The position numbers and the translations under genes are program-made. DNA of 6,168 nt, taken from the IMG/VR virus record IMGVR_UViG_3300045988_003890, positions 1-6,168 of that record, one strand, 5' to 3'. Shown one piece after another: positions 1 to 5,071 of the stretch. The notes under the pieces were generated by a model that had not been told where the DNA came from, did not search any database, and saw only the letters and a list, made by a program, of their open reading frames with translations. Each line of letters begins with the position of its first letter. The stretch's first letter is position 1. Source of the DNA: a virus.

Positions 1-99
1 AGCACTAGGGGCAAAAGTAGGCAAAACAGGTCTTCAATAATTATGTGCCTATATCCAAAACTCATACCAAATAAGCGGTACCTACCAACAAAAAAAAAT
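1..99. repeat. Terminal redundancy of a circular genome (left copy). It contains the last 13 codons plus stop of the VP2-like gene (2..40) and the first 19 codons of rep (43..99).
   Basis: Read base by base, 1..99 is identical to 6070..6168. Both copies span the same VP2 stop / rep start junction (caaTAAttATGtgc). Confidence 0.95.
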
Positions 100-1074
100 G
101 GCGGGGTACCGCCTGTTTGCCCTGACGAAAGACTACGTTATGTAACAGCAGCATGTGGGGACTGTTATGAGTGCAGGAAACAAAAGCAAAGACAATGGGT
201 AGTAAGAATGTCAGAGGAAAACAGACAAACACCAAATGCATATTTCCTAACACTGACAATCGATGATAAATCCTACAAGCAACTAAAACAAAAATACAAG
301 TTAAAAGACGATAATGATATTGCAACAAAAGCCATAAGGTTATGCCTAGAAAGAGTACGAAAATTAACCGGAAAATCCGTAAAACATTGGTTTATTACAG
401 AACTAGGGCACGAGAAAACAGAAAGATTACATCTCCATGGGATAGTATGGGGCCTAGGAAATGGAGAAAAAGTAACAAACAATTGGAAATACGGAATCAC
501 ATTCACCGGATATTTCGTGAATGAAAAAACTATCAACTACATTACAAAATACATGCTAAAAGTAGACGAAAAGCACCCAAAATTCAGAGGAAAAGTGTTA
601 TGTTCGGCCGGAATAGGCTCAGGCTACCTCAAACGAGAAGACGCTAAAAGGCATGTATATATCCCAGGCAAAACAAATGAATCATACCGGATGAGAAACG
701 GTGGAAAACTCAACTTACCTATCTATTACAGAAACAAAATATTTACAGAAGAAGAACGCGAAAAACTATTCCTAGACAAAATCGAAAAGGGAATAGTCTA
801 TATACTAGGAATCAAAATAGACCTCAAAACAGAAGAATCAAGATACCACGGTGTAATCGTAAGCGAACGAGAACGCTGTGAAAGACTATACCACGATAAT
901 CCGAAAGAATGGGATAAAAGAAAATATTTTAACAGGCTTAAAAAACAAAATCAATGGATAGAATCTAAAGCGACTATGGTCGCCGAGAAGGAAAGAAGAA
1001 AGGAAGAAAGAAGTGAAAAACGATTAAATAAGGACATTGATTTATTCGCCAATCTATATTTCAACTCAAATTAG
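43..1074 (+). CDS. VP4: Rolling-circle replication initiation protein (Microviridae VP4 / gpA-like HUH endonuclease), 343 aa
   Basis: RCR motif I is FLTLT (aa 68-72, nt 244..258). The HUH motif is LHLHGIVW (H130/H132, nt 430..438). The catalytic double-tyrosine motif is Y166-ITK-Y170 (nt 538..552), the YxxKY arrangement known from phiX174 gpA. The N-terminal cluster C26...C38GDC41YEC44R matches the CGxCxxCR signature I recall from non-phiX microvirus Reps. The ATG sits 2 nt after the VP2 stop. Confidence 0.93.
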   Translation: MCLYPKLIPNKRYLPTKKNGGVPPVCPDERLRYVTAACGDCYECRKQKQRQWVVRMSEENRQTPNAYFLTLTIDDKSYKQLKQKYKLKDDNDIATKAIRLCLERVRKLTGKSVKHWFITELGHEKTERLHLHGIVWGLGNGEKVTNNWKYGITFTGYFVNEKTINYITKYMLKVDEKHPKFRGKVLCSAGIGSGYLKREDAKRHVYIPGKTNESYRMRNGGKLNLPIYYRNKIFTEEEREKLFLDKIEKGIVYILGIKIDLKTEESRYHGVIVSERERCERLYHDNPKEWDKRKYFNRLKKQNQWIESKATMVAEKERRKEERSEKRLNKDIDLFANLYFNSN

Positions 1075-1347
1075 GGGCTGCGCTATGGCACGTCCAACAG
1101 GGTTCCGTGTTTATATCATACGGGTCTGTATTTAACACCTCAAACGCCGGGTGGCTTCGGTGTATAGCGGGTGGGTGAGGTGTGCCTTTATCCGAGAGAC
1201 AGCTACCTTAAGACCAAGATAAGGCGTGAAGTGCACCCGACCTACGGTCGTGGTGTGCGGCTTCGCCGATACTATGGTGCTAGTCGCTAAGGAGAGGCTC
1301 GGCGCCTCTCTGTTACTCTAATCCTCGTTCAAACGCCACGAAGGCTT
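1075..1347 (+). other. GC-rich, highly structured non-coding element (candidate structured ncRNA, or ssDNA complementary-strand origin / packaging structure); unclassified
   Basis: The track lists no ORF (its shortest entry is 60 aa) on either strand here. My hand count gives about 150 G+C in 276 nt (~54%), against roughly 20% in the adjacent 1351..1645. Verified helices follow. 1231-1242/1246-1258 has 12 bp including 2 G-T pairs and one bulged T1251. 1292-1298/1304-1310 is GAGAGGC/GCCTCTC (7 bp). 1135-1142/1176-1183 is ACACCTCA/TGAGGTGT (8 bp) and encloses a C(TTCG)G motif at 1155-1160. 1184-1192/1218-1225 is GCCTT(T)ATC/GATAAGGC (8 bp, one bulge). That last helix competes with 1206-1210/1220-1224. 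Strand of function is unknown. Confidence 0.55.
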
Positions 1348-1457
1348 AAAGATACTATTGCTAATAATAATTAAATACTTCAGATAAATATCAGAAAATT
1401 TATAGAATTCAGAAAAATCAATTATATTTGTAATGTCAATAAGAAAGGAGGTGAACA
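1348..1457 (+). promoter_or_regulatory. AT-rich spacer with candidate promoter and repeated TCAGA-A/T-rich motifs upstream of the small-gene block
   Basis: TATATTTG at 1423..1430 fits the Bacteroidetes -7 consensus TAnnTTTG. TATAGAAT at 1401..1408 is a possible sigma70-type -10. TCAGA(T/A)AAA(T/A) occurs three times, starting at 1380, 1391 and 1409. AAGGAGGTGA lies at 1445..1454. No transcript-mapping evidence is possible from sequence alone. Confidence 0.3.
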
Positions 1458-1532
1458 ATGAAAAATTAAAGTTTCTTTATAGCAAAGAAAAAAAGGAGTT
1501 TATTAGATTTTGTAAAACAAAAAAAGAAAATT

Positions 1533-1643
1533 ATGAATACGGAACTTATAAAACTATTAGTTTACAAAGATTACTTTACAGACTTTTATTATCTTGATTA
1601 CGAGACATTTATAAATAAAATTAAAGAACTTAAAGACAATTAA
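1533..1643 (+). CDS. Small hypothetical protein, 36 aa (MNTELIKLLVYKDYFTDFYYLDYETFINKIKELKDN); possibly the remnant or re-initiated part of a longer frame open from 1470
   Basis: The frame has 57 consecutive sense codons (1470..1640) in a stretch of roughly 20% G+C, where stops should be frequent. The ATG at 1533 has the AATTATG context shared with five other gene starts. Its stop forms the same TAATTATG junction with the next gene as the VP2/rep junction. The ORF is below the size shown in the supplied track. Confidence 0.5.
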   Translation: MNTELIKLLVYKDYFTDFYYLDYETFINKIKELKDN

Positions 1644-1645
1644 TT

Positions 1646-1858
1646 ATGGCAGCAACAAAATTTTCAGTAGTAAAAGAGAACAAAAATACAGGTGAATTAC
1701 TCATTATCAACTATGCAGGTGAATGGACATACAAAACAGCACTTGCAATTGCAAAAGAAGCAAACAGAGAATTTAACGAGGAAGGATGGAAAATCGTATG
1801 TGTAGTAGAAACGAAAAAATTATATCCTAACGAAAATGAAAAAACCGAAAAAGATTAG
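1646..1858 (+). CDS. Hypothetical protein, 70 aa
   Basis: ORF in the supplied track with AATTATG start context, placed 2 nt after the upstream stop. I recognise no family. Confidence 0.65.
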   Translation: MAATKFSVVKENKNTGELLIINYAGEWTYKTALAIAKEANREFNEEGWKIVCVVETKKLYPNENEKTEKD

Positions 1859-2090
1859 AAAATATGAAACAGACGGATATATTTTCAATACATTTCGAGA
1901 GTTAAAAAATTACGTGTATTTCAACACGTCAATAAAAATGAAGAAAATATGTTATGAACTGGATGAAGATGTTATTACAAAAAAATACATCTTCACAAAA
2001 CAAGAAAGGAGGTTAATATGTGAAAAAACTTATGACAAAGACAATGAAGATTTAGAAAAATGGAATCAAAAACAACTTAAATTATTTTAA
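1836..2090 (+). CDS. Hypothetical protein, 84 aa (Lys/Glu-rich)
   Basis: ORF in the supplied track that overlaps the previous ORF by 23 nt. There is no SD and the start is uncertain. I recognise no family. Confidence 0.55.
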   Translation: MKKPKKIRKYETDGYIFNTFRELKNYVYFNTSIKMKKICYELDEDVITKKYIFTKQERRLICEKTYDKDNEDLEKWNQKQLKLF

Positions 2091-2092
2091 AC

Positions 2093-2185
2093 ATGCCTAG
2101 AGAAGTATTCGGAATAGTAATATTACTATTAATAATCGCCTTCATAGGCGGAAGTTATTTATACATTAAAAATGGAGAATTATGA
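2093..2185 (+). CDS. Small single-pass membrane peptide, 30 aa (MPREVFGIVILLLIIAFIGGSYLYIKNGEL)
   Basis: My manual translation gives an ATG at 2093, 2 nt after the previous stop. The hydrophobic core GIVILLLIIAFIGG is flanked by charged residues. The stop TGA (2183..2185) overlaps the next ATG (2182..2184) in an ATGA coupling arrangement. The ORF is below the size shown in the supplied track. Confidence 0.55.
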   Translation: MPREVFGIVILLLIIAFIGGSYLYIKNGEL

Positions 2186-2388
2186 AAATCAACGGGACGC
2201 AATGGGTAGAAGTTATCCGAGCTATTTCGACCGCAATAATTGCAATCATTACTACGCTTTGTGTGCAAAGTTGCACAATGAGTTTAAGCGTCAGCAAAAA
2301 CAATCAAAACTCAACGCAAAAGACCGAACAAACAACAACGTCAAGCGTTGATAGTACAAAAATCAATATTAACCCTAAAAACTATTAA
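2182..2388 (+). CDS. Small secreted or membrane-anchored protein, 68 aa. It has an N-terminal hydrophobic segment followed by Cys residues (possible lipoprotein) and a Ser/Thr/Asn/Gln-rich tail.
   Basis: The hydrophobic stretch AISTAIIAIITTLCV is followed by QSC. TTLC or VQSC are weak lipobox-like sites. GGAG lies at 2174..2177 and the start has the AATTATG context. The C-terminal half is low-complexity and polar. Confidence 0.65.
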   Translation: MKINGTQWVEVIRAISTAIIAIITTLCVQSCTMSLSVSKNNQNSTQKTEQTTTSSVDSTKININPKNY

Positions 2389-2391
2389 AAA

Positions 2392-2658
2392 ATGGAAAGA
2401 GAATTTAACGACATGAAAGATGTATTCAGAGTATTACCAACAACTCAAGAAGAAAAAGAATACATGATTGTAATTGGAAAGCATTTAGCAACAACTGAAA
2501 AGTTTCCAACACGTGAAGCAGCAGAAGAAGTAATCAACTCTATAAACTGGAATCTAGTTGCAGCAATGATATATGCATGTAAAGAAGCAGACGAATACGA
2601 GAAGAAACTTAAACGTTCTGCAAAAAAGATTGACAACAACACTAAAAAGGAGGACTAA
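2392..2658 (+). CDS. Hypothetical protein, 88 aa, acidic body with a basic C-terminal tail (KKLKRSAKKIDNNTKK)
   Basis: ORF in the supplied track, placed 3 nt after the previous stop and 3 nt before VP1. Its 3' end carries the VP1 Shine-Dalgarno sequence. Function is unknown. A DNA-binding or packaging role is only a guess from the basic tail and the position. Confidence 0.65.
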   Translation: MEREFNDMKDVFRVLPTTQEEKEYMIVIGKHLATTEKFPTREAAEEVINSINWNLVAAMIYACKEADEYEKKLKRSAKKIDNNTKKED

Positions 2659-2661
2659 ATT

Positions 2662-4578
2662 ATGGCAATAACAAAAAATATTGGTAAAAATACCATAGGT
2701 GACAATAATAAAATGTCGGTAAGTCTGCATAACTATAACATGTCTACACACGACTTGTCGACAATTGTAAGAAACACACAGAGCCCAGGAACATTAGTAC
2801 CGAATCTATGTTTAGTAGGACAAAAAGGAGATACAATCGACATTGACATCGACGCAAATGTGCTGACACATCCGACGACGGGTCCGTTATTCGGGTCATT
2901 CAAATTAGAACACCATATTTATACAGCACCTGTAAGATTGTACAACAGTTGGCTACACAACAACCGTACAAAAATAGGTCTGAATATGGCACAGGTAAAA
3001 TTACCTCAAATAACCGTAGTGTTAAAAAAAACATACGATAACGTATATAAAAAAAACGAAAAGGAATTCCAATGGACGCAAGTAAATCCAAGTTGTCTAC
3101 TAGCATACTTAGGAATCAGAGGTTTTGCAAACTTACAAAATGTAGAAACAAAAACAGCAACAAAAAACGCCGTACCAATTCTTGCATACTATGACATATT
3201 TAAAAATTTCTACGCCAATACACAAGAAGATAATTTTTATATCATTGGAGGTACACCAGAACTAACCGTAGGATACAACGGTAATCCCGTAGATGCAAAA
3301 AATATGAATATAACATTAAAAAATAATGACATATTCACATTTGATAATCTAGTATCACAAAATGGATTAATAATCTATGGAAGCGAAAACAGCCGCTACA
3401 GAGAATGGAAAGCAACAGACATAGGAACATGGAAGTCCAAAACAGAATTATTAATAGACAAAATAAACTCCAAGTCAACCTATATAGTCTCAAAAATGGC
3501 ACAACAGGGTACAACAGCATTACAACAAATACCATTAGAAAACCTCGATACAATCAGAGACAAAATACTATTAACACCAGGAGATATAGTATTTGATATC
3601 GGAAGCAAAATAAGCAGCGTAGCGCCTTTTAACACATTAACAGAAAGATTCAGCAACAATAAATTAAAAACAAGCGCGCCACAATTCGGACTATGTTTAA
3701 AAACATACAATAGTGACTTATATCAAAATTGGATTAATACCGAATGGATAGAAGGAGTAGACGGAATCAATGAAGCAAGCGCTGTAGACGTATCAGACGG
3801 TACACTATCAATGGACGCTTTAAACCTATCACAAAAAGTATACAACTTCCTAAATAGAATCGCAATAAGTGGTGGGACATATCGAGACTGGCTAGAAACT
3901 GTATACACAGGAGGCAACTACATGGAAAGATGCGAAACACCAATGTTTGAAGGGGGTGTAAGCCAGGAAATCGTATTCCAAGAAGTAATTAGCAACAGCG
4001 CATCCGAAAATGAACCACTAGGAACACTAGCCGGACGAGGTGTAACAACAGGAAGACAAAAAGGCGGACATATCCGTATCAAAGTAACAGAACCATGTTA
4101 CATTATAAGTATTTGCTCAATTACTCCACGTATAGACTACGGACAGGGAAACACCTGGGATACCTATCTGGAAACCATGGACGATTGGCACAAACCAGCA
4201 CTAGACGGAATCGGGTACCAAGACTCAATAAACGGAGAGCGTGCATGGTGGGCGGACTACTATACAGCAGACCCAGATTTAAAACGTACAGCAGCAGGTA
4301 AAACCGTAGCCTGGATTAACTACATGACAAATGTTAACAGAACATTCGGAAACTTTGCGCCTGGGATGAGTGAGAGCTTTATGGTATTGAATAGAAATTA
4401 TTCAATGAACAATTCAGCATCACCACAAATCGAGGATTTAACAACATACATAGACCCAGAAAAATTCAATTACATATTCGCAGACGCAAACCTAGATGCT
4501 ATGAACTTTTGGGTACAAACAAGATTTGAAATTAAAGCAAGACGGCTAATCAGTGCAAAACAAATTCCTAACTTATAA
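2662..4578 (+). CDS. VP1: Major capsid protein (Microviridae VP1 / F-like), 638 aa
   Basis: This is the largest ORF. The N-terminal region (HDLSTIVRNTQSPGTLVPNLCLVGQKGDTIDIDIDANVLTHPTTGPLFGSFKLEHHIYTAPVRLY) follows the pattern I recall for microvirus F/VP1 jelly-roll N-termini: S..T...G.L.P...(L)PGD then a (F)VP.RL-type motif. A strong SD (AGGAGG, 2648..2653) lies 8 nt before the ATG. Size and position are typical of non-phiX microviruses. Confidence 0.92.
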   Translation: MAITKNIGKNTIGDNNKMSVSLHNYNMSTHDLSTIVRNTQSPGTLVPNLCLVGQKGDTIDIDIDANVLTHPTTGPLFGSFKLEHHIYTAPVRLYNSWLHNNRTKIGLNMAQVKLPQITVVLKKTYDNVYKKNEKEFQWTQVNPSCLLAYLGIRGFANLQNVETKTATKNAVPILAYYDIFKNFYANTQEDNFYIIGGTPELTVGYNGNPVDAKNMNITLKNNDIFTFDNLVSQNGLIIYGSENSRYREWKATDIGTWKSKTELLIDKINSKSTYIVSKMAQQGTTALQQIPLENLDTIRDKILLTPGDIVFDIGSKISSVAPFNTLTERFSNNKLKTSAPQFGLCLKTYNSDLYQNWINTEWIEGVDGINEASAVDVSDGTLSMDALNLSQKVYNFLNRIAISGGTYRDWLETVYTGGNYMERCETPMFEGGVSQEIVFQEVISNSASENEPLGTLAGRGVTTGRQKGGHIRIKVTEPCYIISICSITPRIDYGQGNTWDTYLETMDDWHKPALDGIGYQDSINGERAWWADYYTADPDLKRTAAGKTVAWINYMTNVNRTFGNFAPGMSESFMVLNRNYSMNNSASPQIEDLTTYIDPEKFNYIFADANLDAMNFWVQTRFEIKARRLISAKQIPNL

Positions 4579-4591
4579 AAATTATAACATT

Positions 4592-4909
4592 ATGAAATAT
4601 TCATCTCCAACAAAAAATAACGGTAGATTAAAATCAGTTGAAATCTACGAGGGTGAAAGCATTGAAACAAAATGCGCAAGAATCCTACAGAACAAGGAGC
4701 CAATCACAGATACAGCACCTATCATTTATACGGCAAAGGAAGATGGTGTACTACCTGCATATAATATCCGAACGGACAGATTCGATATAGCAATGGACGC
4801 TTATGACAAGATTACAAGAAGTTCAGCGAAGAAAGAGATAGCTCCAAAACCGGAAGATTTCGGAAATGTACCAAATAAGACAGAAGGAGGTTCACCTAGT
4901 GAAAACTAA
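4592..4909 (+). CDS. Small structural-module protein, 105 aa; possible internal scaffolding protein (VP3-like)
   Basis: The track ORF 4553..4909 would overlap the VP1 3' end. The ATG at 4592, 13 nt after the VP1 stop, is the more likely start. The gene sits between capsid and pilot genes. The segment PIIYTAKEDGVLPAYNIRTDRFDIAMDA resembles what I recall of gokushovirus VP3 scaffolds. That recall is unverified, so the functional call is about 0.4 while existence of the CDS is about 0.85. Confidence 0.6.
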   Translation: MKYSSPTKNNGRLKSVEIYEGESIETKCARILQNKEPITDTAPIIYTAKEDGVLPAYNIRTDRFDIAMDAYDKITRSSAKKEIAPKPEDFGNVPNKTEGGSPSEN

Positions 4910-5071
4910 ACTGTTTAAAGAGGTATCTTTAAAGCCTTGTAGGTAACAAGCACTTCGGAGTATTTGTAAAGACAAAATACTTTAAAATACACGAAAGTAC
5001 GCACCTACAATTTATTATCAAGTAATATGAATATCGCTTTGAAATATCAAAGCGCGAAAATGTAAATAATT
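4910..5071 (+). promoter_or_regulatory. Structured intergenic region between the VP3-like and VP2 genes
   Basis: A perfect hairpin CGCTTTGA-AATA-TCAAAGCG lies at 5035..5054. A second hairpin pairs 4959-4967 with 4972-4981 (9 bp, one bulge, loop AAAG). A long-range 8-bp pairing joins TTGTAGGT (4937..4944) to ACCTACAA (5003..5010). C(TTCG)G is at 4953..4958 and C(GAAA)G at 4992..4997. No T-tract follows any hairpin. Confidence 0.35.

Noticed and set aside
90-98. An A9 homopolymer in rep codons 16-19, plus A8 runs in VP1 (3024..3031 and 3049..3056), as slippage or phase-variation sites
   Set aside because: Such runs are expected in an A-rich genome that encodes Lys and Asn. The reading frames are intact and no alternative frame of meaningful length opens after a +/-1 shift.
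342-524. Same-strand overprinted ORFs with very basic products: 342..524 in rep, and 3405..3596 and 4095..4301 in VP1. They resemble phiX-style overlapping genes or a J-like DNA-binding protein.
   Set aside because: An A-rich strand yields Lys/Arg/Asn-rich peptides in any frame. None has an SD or the AATTATG context. They are only worth revisiting if synonymous-site conservation in rep or VP1 is found across relatives.
62-536. Minus-strand ORFs (62..328, 273..536), and likewise 2445..2642, 2554..2751, 2900..3106, 3335..3553, 3480..3710, 3723..3917 and 5437..5766
   Set aside because: All lie antisense to strongly supported genes. Their products are low-complexity and Phe/Leu/Ser/Cys-rich, as expected when the complement of an A-rich coding strand is translated. 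Microviruses are not known to express genes from the complementary strand.
1075-1110. A 5' GGGGCUG start resembling the tmRNA 5' end
   Set aside because: There is no matching 3' acceptor or T-arm (no GGUUCGA-type T-loop, no ...CCACCA partner strand). I find no tag reading frame either.
1096-1200. AGGGUUCCG (1099..1107) and UCCGAGAG (1191..1198) resemble two conserved core strings of the ykkC / guanidine-I riboswitch as I remember its consensus
   Set aside because: The spacing is about 90 nt rather than a few tens. The helix topology around the strings does not match. The 3' ACACGG...GGGA...CCCGGGAG domain is absent. This is only memory-based matching of short strings. A cmscan would settle it.
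1184-1225. UUAUCCGAGAG ... GAUAAGG looks like an S-box (SAM-I) P1 helix plus the start of the core
   Set aside because: The helix encloses only about 25 nt, far too little for the four-way junction. No GGAGGGA, GCAACC or kink-turn elements are present.
1292-1320. GC-rich hairpin GAGAGGC-TCGGC-GCCTCTC as an intrinsic terminator for rep
   Set aside because: It is followed by TGTTACTCTAATCC rather than a T-tract, and it lies 218 nt after the rep stop. It may still terminate transcription in a host with relaxed requirements, but the sequence does not support the call.
2008-2023. AAGGAGGTTAAT-ATG-TGA, a second SD plus start plus immediate stop
   Set aside because: It lies inside ORF 1836..2090 and simply encodes ERRLIC in that frame. 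The ATG is out of frame and terminates at once. It is probably coincidental.
5027-5065. A 12-codon mini-ORF (MNIALKYQSAKM) spanning the 5035..5054 hairpin
   Set aside because: It is too short, has no SD, and is fully explained by the hairpin sequence. There is no basis to call it a gene.
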